In this document: piece by piece, positions 36,689 through 49,010 of the stretch
How the letters are laid out: each line of letters begins with the position of its first letter
Position numbering within the stretch: position 1 is the stretch's first letter
Assembly: GCA_973895155.1 (NCBI GenBank)
Contig: OZ316898.1
Location: 9,039,079-9,103,078 of the forward strand
From: Marsupella aquatica
Lineage: Eukaryota; Plantae; Marchantiophyta
DNA: 64,000 nt
Direction: 5' to 3'
Notes under the pieces: generated by a model
Databases searched by the model: none
What the model was told of the DNA's origin: nothing
The model's input: only the letters and a program-made list of their open reading frames with translations
Made by a program: the position numbers and the translations under genes

Positions 36689-39496
36689 ATGAGCATAAAG
36701 AGGTTTGTTCTACAGTTTTTTATCGCGCTTACTCTAATGCCCATTCTGGGTAATGTGGTGAGCAATGATATATACCCTCTACTGCAAAAATACACCTCCG
36801 CTCGAACGAGACTCCTGATTATAATACCCTTAATTGCTGTTAACTGCGTGATCTTCGTCATTTATAAAGCCAAGCGTCGAAAATGTTTACTTTTAGATCC
36901 GGAAGCCAACCATCGTCCACATTCCCGGGTTGTCGGACTTATGGATCCTGAGGTGCGGAGAATGGTTGACTGTTATGCGAAGGAAAGAGAGGGAGTTGTA
37001 ACTCATGATGATACAATTACTACAACATTTTCCACCGACCTGCCCGAGCAACCTTTGCTAACAGAGCTCCAATCAACACTAAGTTTGGCTGGTTCCGGAG
37101 TGTTATATAGCAAGTTTAATATTTCTCTTAAAACTGGAAGCTCGGACATAGACTTCTTAACTTCGCAGATCACTGAGTGGATGACGAAAGCACAGAAAAT
37201 TGACCCGAATTGTACATTGCGGTTTGGTTCTTTTGCAGTGTTGAAATTCGAAGGTGAGTCCAAACTATGGTCATGGTCATCTTGCAGTTTGAAGAAGCTT
37301 AAAATCTTTACATTCATAGTTTTGTGAGTCCATCTGATCTGTTTTCAGACAGGATTTGGTTAGAGTCGAGGTTAGGATTTTTTTTCATGAAGATGTCTTA
37401 CGTCCTTCAAATTAGATGATTAGTTTCAACTCCCATTTCAACTATGTTTACGACTCGGTGATTAGAATATGTACGTGTCTAAGTGTATGAAGTCGTTAGT
37501 AATATTCACTGAAAAATAAGGTGTGAGATGAAATCATGTGATACCACTGCTTCTTGCATTTGCCAGATGGTGGCCTGAAATGGTGGAGGCTTCAAAAAGA
37601 GCGGACACCAACAATTCCCCATATTAGTAACTCTTCTTGGAACTTACTCAATAAACTAAGAGGTAGGTTACACAAAGTTGCAGAGAATCTCTAGCAAGTT
37701 TCCAATGTAAAATCCATTCCATGTTTCTTTGTCAAAGGTGAGCATTGGATCTGGTGCTTAAGTAGTTCATAGAAGGGTAGCCTCCATTTCCGGAATGGAC
37801 TGACACGGATCCCATGCCTTCTCAGATCAGGATTACTGAAGTCTTTTTCCTCTAATCTTCAGATAATTGCTGGTGTTGGTTGGATGTGGCTTTGGATTTG
37901 TATTGTGTAATACGTCAGAACACCACTGAATGAGTGCTTTTGAAATTGTTGGCAGGTTTTCTGACGACGACGGGCTTCGAGGAACCGAATCCACCTGCTG
38001 GTGTAAAACAGGTCGGTGATCGTTAACATGACACAATGTCCCACTAGTGCTTGCCTAGCTGTTAGGATTCCTGTTGACATGTCCGGTTCTGAATTGCTAA
38101 AATTGAAAGCGAAGATGGCTTAGCAACTATTGATACTGCTCGTCATGCAGGATCATGACGCTTTTAGTTTTAGTATCATAATGCTGGTTTTTAAAATCAA
38201 ACATAGTTTCTTTGAATTCATTTTCCAAGTCCACTTTTTGTAGAAACTTCCAGATTAATTTCAATCGGACCTTACACACAGTTGTCGTTCTTTGGAATTT
38301 GCAGCTCAACGATTCCGTTTGGGAGCTTTATTCTCCTGAGGGGAGGGTCCCTGAAATGGACATTGTCTTTTTTCACGGCCTTCAGTTAACTGACTTTAAA
38401 GACGCCTTCTGGAAAACTTGGCTCAGAGGTGAAGAAGAGTTGATTTGGCCCCCAAAATGTCGCAGCTGGAAATTTCCCTTCTGGAAAACTGGGCTCACCA
38501 GAGAAGATGCAGAGTTGTTGTGGCCCCAATGGCTCAGCGGGAGATTTCCTGGAGCACGCATATTATTAATCTCTTATAACTTTAGTGCAACTCAACCGAA
38601 TGCACTTGACTTGCATACATTGGAGTACAATCTTGGCAAGGATATGATCCAGTGCAATGTCGGGACCCGTCCAGTGATCTTTGTAGGTCACAGTCTAGGA
38701 GGAATAGTAATTAAGCTAGTGCTTTTGTCTGTTCTCAAGGAGAGAGATGGGTTGAACCCCAATAAGGACATCATCCGGAAAGCATTCCTTGATAACGTTA
38801 AGGGAGTTTTGTATTATGCTACTCCTCATGGGAGTTCTGAGAAGATCGCAGACCTGGCAAATCGAATACCAGGCGCGAATCCAATCTTGAGTCTTCTGAA
38901 AACCGTTGCCGCTAAGACGCCAACGATCAACGAAGAGTTTCGAAAACAGCGTGACAAATTCAAATTCAATGTACCGACACTCTCGATGGTGGAGTGTCTA
39001 CCGGTATCCGAATTTGTGAGTCCCCATTACCTGCTCGAACTGAATTCTATCCAATTAAGTTTCAAACGGAAATGTCAATCGTTTAGGGTCAATTGAAGGA
39101 ACCTCATGAGGTAGTGTTTCCACGTCGATTTACGCAGTTTACTTCTCGCAGCCTTTAGTTTGTTGGGAGTCCGCATATTGTGGGCTGCCAAGCAGATCCT
39201 GACTTTTCTTCGTAATTCTTTTTCTGCAGGGGTTTGAGGGTGTGGTTGTCGACGGCGAATCCGCTCGACATGACATTGACCAGTGGTACCATGCTTGGGA
39301 CTCGAATCATTTTTCAATTTGTAGACTAAGGAGATGGGGAGATAGGCTAGTTAGATTGAATTACTTCATATGTCAAAAACTAGCTGGATATCCTTGGGTT
39401 CCATGGGTTCCACAAAGGATGCCGCCAGAAATCTTGCCGACAAAGATGATGGGAAGCACGATGGGAAGCGCCATTCGAAGACGGCAATCCTCATGA
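36689..39496 (+). CDS. Membrane-anchored alpha/beta-hydrolase (SERAC1/PGAP1-like, similar to the N-terminal hydrolase of bryophyte HNL NLRs). Exons 36689-37253, 37567-37662, 37956-38011, 38305-39015, 39230-39496 (~564 aa)
   Basis: GT-AG junctions keep frame. Two N-terminal hydrophobic segments. Motifs DIVFFHGL, WPQWL...PGARILLISY, FVGHSLGG (GxSxG nucleophile), YATPHGS, VVVDGESA, NHFSICR (catalytic His). Confidence 0.8.
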
Positions 39497-40656
39497 GATT
39501 GCCGAAGACATTGTTGAGCAAAATATATCAAGAACTATAATACAAGGTTGTGCCTTTTTATGCCCTGGTGGTCATTCAAATTTGGAGTAGCTTTTGGGGT
39601 GGAAAAAACAGAAACTGCAAAAAGTGAAAGCAATAAAGAACAAATGAATTATATTTAGTGTGAATGAAAAAGTGAATGCACGTGTCCCCAAACTAGAAGG
39701 AAAAAGACAAAGTTTTCTCTTTACCATCCATGTATACAAATGATATGCTCTTCCCTCTACTATACAAGTTATACCATGTCCCTCCCTCTACCATCCATGT
39801 TACCTCTTAACTCCTTCTACCATCCATGCAATACCATGCTCCTCCCTCTACCATCCATGCTATATCATCCATGCATATGGGGCTACATAATGATAGTAGT
39901 TTAATTGCAAATATCACATAGTCAATCAAGTAGAGCATAATCTAATCAATGAGAGAAAAAGAGACCAAAAAGTAATAAAACAGAGGGAAACAAAGGAGGG
40001 GGGGGGGGGGGGGGGGGAGGAGTTGGTTGATTTGGGGTGGATTGTTGAGCTTTGAAAGGAAAAAAATGACAAAAGCAAAGAGAAAAATCATTGTCACTGT
40101 GTTATACTTTGGTGGTTGATGTGGCCTCTCTTTTGAGTCATGATATTTTTTACTCAATAACATCTTTTATGCAATGAGATCTTTCTAACAAACAAAATCT
40201 TTTACTCAAGCTATCTTTAGCAACATGGTAATTTTTCTCAACTACATCTTTAGCATAACCTCATCCGTTATGCATTGACATCTTTAGACAAACAATATTG
40301 TTTAGTAAATCAAGTGCAAGAGCATTTTGGGTAAAAAACAAAACAAAGAAAAAAAACTCGCTCCTTCTCTCATTGACTTTTTATTTCATAACATCTTTCC
40401 CATAACGACAACTTGGGTGAAACGACACCTTTTTTCTTATAACATCTTTTACTTCATGATATCTTTGGCAAAATGTCCCGCAAAGGTCTATATATGGCAG
40501 GCATTAGAGGCAATGTCAAAGGCAGTCCATTAGTCAGAGGCTAATGCAAGACTCTATTTGGGCTCTAAAAGAAAAATAAAATGGTAGAATGACTCACTTG
40601 ATACTCTAATAATTGAGTTCAACTTTCGCTTGTAGTCTCTGGAAAATGTCACAAAC

Positions 40657-40865
40657 TGTAAAATATCTGGAAGGGTAGATCATAATGTTTGTACCATTGT
40701 TTGTAAAATATCTGGAAGGGTAGATCATAATGTTTGTACCATTGTTTGCACAAGTTTCTTGTTTGTTGGGTGGATCCTGGGAGGTGAAAATGTCTGGCAG
40801 GGTAGATCATATTTGTTGTTTGTACCATTGTTTGCACAAGTTACTTGTTTGGGAGGTGGATCCTG
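40657..40865 (+). repeat. 45-bp tandem repeat and variants
   Basis: tgtaaaatatctggaagggtagatcataatgtttgtaccattgtt x2 plus partial copies. Confidence 0.85.
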
Positions 40866-41044
40866 GGAGGGGAAAGGATGAGAGGACAACTCCTCCTGGA
40901 TCCTCTCACCTCCCCTTTCTCCTCGATGATCTCTTCCCTGTTTTGGGTTTGTTTATGCCTCCTATGTAATTTTCCCATGTATACATACCTCCTTCTTGCT
41001 TTGTTTTTTCCCAATTTTTTGTTTTGGCACTGCCAACCCAACAG

Positions 41045-41207
41045 TAGATTTTGGATTTTGGATGTCTGACAACCACTGCAAAATAGACGGGACCTTGTGT
41101 TATAGGTGTTAATAGGGGCCTGTGAAAATGTTAGATTTTGGATTTTGGATGACAACGACTGCAAAATAGGCCGGACCTTGTATTATAGGTGTTAATAGGG
41201 GCCTGTG
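41045..41207 (+). repeat. ~85-bp tandem duplication
   Basis: tagattttggattttggatg...actgcaaaatag...ttataggtgttaataggggcctgtg x2. Confidence 0.85.
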
Positions 41208-42888
41208 TGACTTACCACAACAGTTGAAGCATTTGGTGGGGACTGCATATCCTGCCATTTGGAGTAACAGATTCACACTAGTGCAAATGCCCCCTAGAAC
41301 AGCAAATGGGGCACCGGTCCCAATCGAGCACATTTGGCATGCTGACCAGAAAATTCCATAAGTGTCATGTCACTAATTTTGCAAGACTCTTGTCATGGGT
41401 CTGTAAATACTTTTATTCTGACATTAAATAGGAAAAGGGGAAGTCATGATTGCCTTTCATGAAATTTAATTTTTTTATTTTTATCATAGTCAGATCTACC
41501 CAAACATACTCTTATCTCAGATATTTCCCTAAGCTGCCCAAAGCAACTGCCCAGACCTACCTGAAATGAAAATAATTTTGTTAAATTTACAAAATTCAAT
41601 TGGAAAAATAGGAAAAATAAAATGAAAACATAAATTTGGAAAATTTGAAAACTTTAAATATATAACATAAAAACATTTCTTTGCTCATGAAAAGAATTAG
41701 AAATTAAACAAATTGAAATAAATGGACTCCCTCCTAGGGCAAAACCATATTTGGACTCCACAAAGTGATGATTGCCATCATCCATCCTGAGTCCCCATGC
41801 TCTAGCCTTCACCCTCCCAGACAACAACACCTTAACAACAAAATGAGTGAGAAACAACAATATTTCCTGGCATCTCACATGCACATCTTTATCTTGCCTC
41901 AATGTTTCGGCATTGGGTTAGGCAACAACAACATTGCTGCAATGACAGCAACAATGACAATGTCCTTCATAATGACAACATGGTAGCAACATGACATGTA
42001 AGATGTCTCAACACCTTCATTGTCTCACTTGCGATACTTTGTCTTGCTTACATTTCTTTGTCAGATAACTTTCATTTCTTGCCTCCCTTGCATTTCTCTC
42101 TCTTGCCTTGACACCTTTGCAGGCATCTTTGTCTCACCCATACATCTTTGGCTTGTCTCAACATATAAGCTTTCCTCAACATCTTTGCCTCACCCCAACA
42201 TATTTGTCTCACCTCGACATTTTTGCATTGCCTCGACTTCTTCTATGCCCGCTTTTATGCAACGCATGGGCATTGGACTTGTTACTATATACTAAACTAT
42301 AGGTTGGATTTTATCTATTTTATTCAGAATAAATTAGATTATTAATGTGCACTTACATTATTGATGTCCCTGTACAATAGAACATTTATCTAAAAATAGC
42401 CTATGAAAGATTTTCAGATCTCTTTTGCAGGAGAAAACATTGATCTTTGTTAGAACAAAGAATTTTGCCCCTCACTTACTAGGAAGTGCTTTTTCAATTG
42501 TGTCTCCTCTCAAACTCTCACAGGGGATTGAGCTCTAAACCGTTGTGAACAGCCTTCCAAGCAGAGTCCACCCCACATAACAACACAAATGGCTAACCAC
42601 ATTGGAAGCTTCAAACTAGATACTTTGGCACTGAAATAGAATAAAGAACGGTTGATTGAAGGAAGAGGAAATGAATCCAAGCGAAGCTACAAGACATTTG
42701 CAAAATGCCAGGGAACAAGGAAGTGATTTGTGTTGTGGTACTCAACCATGTTGAAAGTTGCTCAGGATCATGGTGGATTCATTGTTGACAGCCATAGTGA
42801 CAGTACATTTTATGAAGAAACTCTTTTGTTTCATTTGTTATTTTCTGAAATGGAACTAGGACTGAAGGCCAGTATGGACTGGCACCTT

Positions 42889-43232
42889 TGTTGAGCATAG
42901 ACGACATTCGCAACGGCAAGCCCATGAACCATCCAACGCACAAGAGTTGATACAGAGAGATACGTGGTTCACTTCCACATGAGGCTACGTCCACAGGAAC
43001 ACACAAGAGCTTTACTGCACTCTAGGCCGACCGGCCATACCAAGCATCCACAACACTAGCTCTCCCTATCTCTCAACTAGCTCCGTAAAAATGAGCCTTA
43101 GTCCCCCAGGGTCTGGCACCAGCCCTGGCAATATACACAACAACACTTCGGCTAACCTTAGCTAAGTCCTAACCCGAGTTAGCCTAACTGTGGTTAGTTC
43201 ACGAGTCACAAGACTAAGAGCAATACCTAACA
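42889..43232 (+). mobile_element. Solo LTR, 344 bp (copy 3)
   Basis: TGTTGAG...CTAACA; TSD ACCTT (42884-42888 / 43233-43237). Confidence 0.88.
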
Positions 43233-45139
43233 ACCTTGTTTATAATGCCTACATGGACTATCAAAACTCAGATGGACTTTCTGAATGTCAAATTTGACTT
43301 GGACACCTTTACACGTACGGCTCAAAATTCCTGTAATAGTCAAGACACCACTTGGAGCCCATTTCAACTACTTCACTTGGTGTCTTGTGGCACTGGCCAG
43401 TGGTTGAACAGGTCTCCTTGGTGGCTTGAAGAGTAGACAGCCTCGACGAGAAAGATGTTACATCATTTCATGGGACCACCAGTGCTAAAGTTTTTGAAAT
43501 GTTAAGTGCAGTCTCGATATAATATTTGACTATCTTCAGGTTGATCAGAAATGAAACAAATAATTTCAAACTTTGTCAAGTAATAGATTGGACATCAGAG
43601 AACAAGCCATAAACATTTGAGCTGAACCTGACATCTGAAAGTACTCTAAATAAATGGACACAGCGCCATATCCTAAATGTATGGAATAAGCATGCTGAAT
43701 TCCAAGGTAACTAAGATTTCTGTCACAAAACTGTTGACAACTTGGCTACTTTAGTATTAGGAATTGATTCAAGTTCCCGACTTTAGTTAGTTTGGCCTAC
43801 ACGTCAGCCCTCCCGTGAGGGTTTAGGTTGGAGGGAGAGCACTCTCTCCCTCATGTTTCACATGTATTCTCATATGCGATGGATCATTCATGAGTTTCTC
43901 CACTCGTGATGTCTTGTCGATGTAACATCTGATTGAGTGTCTCTCTCATGTTTGAATTGAGTGTCTCTCTCATGTTTGAATTTGCTGACTAGTCTGAGAA
44001 CAAGTTTTACATAAATCATGTAGACATCAAGTTGTATTTTGAAAATGCCCGGAACAATTGCAAAGTTTTTGATACCTTGATGATTTTCTTAAGCCGCCAG
44101 CTAGACTCCACAATATGGGAGCAATGGAGAGACATGGATGTTTTGGATCACACCTTCCAACTAAGTGATCCATTTCACTTGCTTTCAAGAGGATTGATAT
44201 AGTAGCTTTAGGACAAAGAAGCTCCACTCTTCTCCAGGCAACATTGCTCGGCCATCCAGATAACACCACACCTCGCAGAGGGTCAATTTCATGGCTTGGT
44301 TCCTGGTGTTTGAGATCAGAGAACATGCTGGGAACATTTGAGCAACGTGCTGGGAACCCTTGAGCTTAAACTAACCAAAACACTAACCAAAACTTTGCCA
44401 TCATACTTAGGCGGCTTAGGCAGATGAATGGGATTCCAGTGGATGTGAACACTGCAGCGATGGTTACAGTCCAAACTAGTTGCCATGGACAACGTGTCAG
44501 TCCATCTGGGCTTCAGTTTCTCATAATATAACGTGAGATTTATTCATTTCTGTGGAAAATAACACTGAAATGCAATAGCTATTAACCCCTTCTTTGGCAG
44601 GAATACAAGTTTTACAGGCACAGATCTTGCACCCATGCCCTTGTGGACGAATTTGGTCTGCAACCCCAACTATCAACCCACCCTCAACCTACCATGTCAT
44701 TCCATGTCCTTCATTCTAGATCTTGTTTATACCAAATCCTAATTGCTCTGTGTCTTTCATGTTTTCTATAGCAGTAGGTAGCTCAACCCCAGTCCGATGA
44801 TGAAGACCATACGGATCAATCCTAATTTTCAAACGAACACACTGAAATTGAATTTGTCCAAAGAACAATACATATGGGTTCCGTATAAAACGCTCATCTG
44901 AACTCAACCCTCTCTAGGCATACAAATTCAATCGCAACCCCAACCTCGACAGCCACCCCATCAGAGAGTATTCGATCACATTTAAATCGGCTTCATTGGC
45001 CTCAAATGGCACGGCCATACCTGGGCTGGGTTGAATCAATTAGTCCTTGACACTAAGCGCCGAACAATTCATTGTGAAGGTTGAAATTGTTAAATACACA
45101 GCATATCAGGCCGGTGTACGTACTCCAATGCTTCTTCAA

Positions 45140-46403
45140 CTATCTAAACCAATCTCCACTCTTCCCACCTGTCTTAGATTCTAACTGCACGTTGGTAATT
45201 CTGATTTCCTTAGAAACAGCCTTGCACATATCATACACTGTGAGGCTGGCAATAGACACGGCAGTGAGAGCCTCCATCTCCACTCCAGTTGGGCCTGAAG
45301 CAGTGGCCTCTGCCCTGATCTCAACCGAATGCAGCTTGTCGTTTAGAGTGAGCATAACATCAACCCCACTCAACAGAATATTATGACAGAGAGGAATGAG
45401 AGAGCTGGTTTGTTTGGCACCGTGAATTCCTGCAATTTTGGCTACTGTGAGCACATCTCCCTTGGCTATGTTGTTGGCAGCAACCAGATTGAAAGCGTCC
45501 AAGCCCAGGAAAACTTTACCTGAAGCAACTGCAACTCGCTTGGAATCTGCCTTGTTCACAACATTCACCATGGAGGCTTTCCCAGCAGCGTCCACATGTG
45601 AGAGAGAATTAACCTTCAAAGCATTCTTCTCAGCTTGAGCAAGAGCAAGGGGAGCTTGCTGGAGATCCTCCGAACTGAGGTTGACCCTCGAGACCTGTTC
45701 TCCTCCTATCTGTGGAGGGCTCTCTGGTCGACTGCCAAACACAAGCTCCAGTTCCTGGGAAATCACGTCAGTCCCAATAATTAACATTAGATGATGCCTT
45801 AAGGACATTGTCCTAGCCTGTCAGCCACGGGACCCTGGTTATAAAATGAATGGTAGGGCCAAGGGATAATGAGCGAATTCATTTCTATGTATCACCGTAC
45901 CAATGGCCAACTGGACAATGAAATGTGCAGGGAAAGACAGGGTAGTGGATGAGAGTCAAGAGGACCCAATACTCGGAGAAAATGAATGTCAAGGCTCGAT
46001 GCCACCCTAAATTTGAACATGGGACATCCAGTCCAGAAAGGACATATCCAGACCATGACCATAACACAGTATCAAAAACCAATGCATAGGGAGACTGCTA
46101 ATGTAATGTTACAGTCCAAAAGATTTTCTGAGACATAGAAATGGAGAGCATGCTCAAGGGTTGAGTCGTCTATGCAAAAGAGTGCACAATGCTGCAACCT
46201 AAATGCTGGCTGTCTATAAACCCCTAAAATCGACTCACCTGGTTGAAATCTTTGACCGACTCATCTTCGACTTCTTTGCTGCTGAACAATCTCTTAACAC
46301 AGTCACCTGAAATTGGATAGCCATCACAGATGCCTAAGGACGCGCGCGGCAGAGCCAGAAAATTCGGCTTGATCCCCAGCAGAGCCCTCCTGACTCCAAA
46401 CAT
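45140..46403 (-). CDS. CNX3: Cyclic pyranopterin monophosphate synthase (MoaC family), mitochondrial. Exons 46403-46239 and 45754-45140 (~259 aa)
   Basis: LSHVDAAGKASMVNV, KGDVLTVAKIAGIHGAKQTSSLIPLCH, TGVEMEALTAVS, YDMCKAV, KTGGKSG. Arg-rich presequence MFGVRRALLG. Confidence 0.95.
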
Positions 46404-46719
46404 ACCTTCTCCTCCTCCTCCGCTCGGTACATCAAGTGAACCCACAACTCGACATCCACCTCAAACTGCAGCTCAACAAGGACTCCTCATTGCATAAACA
46501 GGATTACACGGCAAAACGCCTCGTCAGCCTTCTCTGCGTCTGTCCGTTTGTCTACCTTCGCTATGCCTTGATCCAATTCGCTTTTGCATATTCTTCAAAC
46601 TTCATCTAGCCTTGTACATATTGCAACCTCCATGTATGTGTCCGCCTATCTGTGTTCATCGCTGTGTCAATTTGGCAGCTTCTTTGTTTATCACCAACGC
46701 CTCGCCAATTCTTCAGTAC

Positions 46720-47320
46720 TCATCGGTGACAGAGCCTTGTTAGAAGATTAAATCCTTCGTGTAATCAAACTGTGTTGGGAGTAGTGGGAGCCAAGAAACT
46801 AACCTTGGCAATTATACAATTTTCGTTTTCTTGAAAGTCCTGGCAAGCTTTTCGTACTCGGGAGCTAGCTTCTTCCAATGACCACACCTGCAATAGAATC
46901 GACAACCTTGCCACACTAAGAGGAAGTAACACGGTGAGAGTAAATTTCCAGATCGATTCGGCTGTCTTCACTCTTTGAGTCCTACATGATTACTCCTGAC
47001 AGCACGCAATCTGGTCGAGAAATTCACCAACCATTGCTAAAAACATAGCAGCGGGTTTCCCTCAGAAAATGTGACCACCGGTAGTGAAACGCCTTGCTCG
47101 CTTGAATATGTGATGCAAAAATGGAATGGAAAAAAGCGTTACCAGGCGGATGACAACCTACTGGATCAAGGTTCATGAAGTGGCCGCACGACCCCGTGTG
47201 TCAACAACGACACCGAATGTCCATCAAAGCGTCGTACTTCCCTAGTTGGGTTCTTTCATGCTTAGTGACAACTAAGGCAACGTAGTACTATCCGAACATT
47301 ACACGGTTTGGAGAGCACAT
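46720..47320 (-). pseudogene. Rearranged duplicate fragments of the PDIL2-1 gene (exon 2 and exon 6 with flanking introns)
   Basis: 46720-47040 aligns to ~24983-25300 and ~47048-47320 aligns to ~23595-23870. CGHC has become CGHW and CGHF. 1-nt frameshift; exon-6 acceptor lost. Confidence 0.9.
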
Positions 47321-49010
47321 TTGAAGGTAGTGGAGTGAGCAACAAAAAAAGCATCAGCCAGAGTGAGAAACGGCCCAGGGTAACGGGGTCTCCAGAAGCT
47401 GTTCGCTCTGCTCGTCACTTTCCCTTGAAATAATGTGATAACACGTCGCTTGAGCTTCGCCACTCTGAACTCCTGAATCAACTCTCAAAGAAGTGACACT
47501 AAAGTATGCTCCCTACTGTCCTAATTTTATGTTGACTGAAAGCGAAATTAAATTGAAGTGTGGCGAATTCTACATCTCACAAATGAATAGATCTGAGTGA
47601 CGTGGAGAAACACAAAGACTGCCTTCGACCTGCCTGGGATGCATGTTTCAGGATAAATGTATGAATTGGAAAACGCTGAGCTAATTTAGCCATTGAAAAA
47701 GCGGATATGTGTATGCTGTTTGTGCTGCCTGGCGGGATAGTTCCTGCTGCTATTACTTTGGTTGTAACATTTATGCAAATTCTTTAATGCTGACATTGTG
47801 AGTTGGTTGTTCGAAATGTCCTTAGCCAGAGGTGAGCGGGGGCTCCGATCAAGATAAACGTCCTACTTGGGTTCATAATGGCGAAGAAACGCGAATGGGG
47901 AAGCTCGTGTCAAGATAGTGTGCTTCTCAAGTCTCATGTTATGGAGTGCCAGATGGCCACCATCCGCACATGGATAAAATTCTTCCTGTGCATGCTCGCT
48001 GTCCACTCCTGAGCAAATTTCCAACACTATCTCATTTGCAAACCATCTCAGTCTCATGAGTTAAGAACTACGACATCCGAGAAGCGTTGAAAGACCAGTG
48101 GTCGAATGCAGGGAAGTGGTCTTGCAGAACTGTGAGTCCAGAGAGGTAACATCAACCACTCGAAGAACCTTTTCTTTATTGTATCTTCCTGATTCATACA
48201 TTTCCACATTTGACAAGAAAGTACGCTTGTTGCACGTGGACTATTGTCGAGTGCATCTCGTTACACTCATGGTATCCATTACATCCTTCATCGTCCATTT
48301 AAACTCTCTGTGGATCAGACGAACCCCAACATCTCCCAACACATCCGATTGTCTCCAAAAAGTCTCACAAACTCTTTACAATAGTGGTGGCGGAAAAAAA
48401 TTGCTTCAGGCAATCAAGACAATTCGTCTGCCATGCTGAAGAAGAATAGCATATAATTTTTCTACTGCTTGATTTCCAAACACAGTAGTTGAACTTACTG
48501 ATCTTGGGGAATTGACCAGGGAGGTCTGGAAAAGAACCTCCCTCTGTGCACTTTAGGGTTTTAATAAACCAAAAATTAGGTGAAGGATAATGCATTTAGA
48601 GACCACAGTTCCAATGTACAATGCCCACAGGTGTGTCTCTGCATTGCTTTGCAGTGACTTGCATTTATTCTCAAGCTCGTGACTCACAGGTCATAAGATT
48701 TTTGACGAGGTTAGCCTCTTCGACTTGTTGAGGTGATATGACACTGTAAGGATGGAGAGGCACCCCCAAAATTGTATGAATCATGGTCTTCTTGTTCTCC
48801 GTCCTTGACCATAAAATGTTCAGCCATGTATGCTATGAATTGGAGTTGTTCTTGAGCAAACAATGAACATCAGTGAATTCATTGCTTTTCTGCCTATGAG
48901 CCCGTCATTTGCACGGCAGGTGAGGTAGATCTTGACAAACTCTCAAATCCTACCTGCTGGTCATCATGGGCAAGGACAATCGATAGCAGAATGACTGCAG
49001 GATTTTGCCG

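Larger units (their letters stand above)
39528..42281 (+). mobile_element. Diverged Helitron copy E of the same family, plus orientation
   Basis: 5' A|TCAAGAACTATAATACA...GGTCATTCAAA matches the 5' ends of A and B. The block at ~41520 is the reverse complement of ~31530-31565. ACATC arrays at 40140-40470 and 41990-42240. 3' TGCAACGCATGGGCATTGGACTTG|T. Confidence 0.65.
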
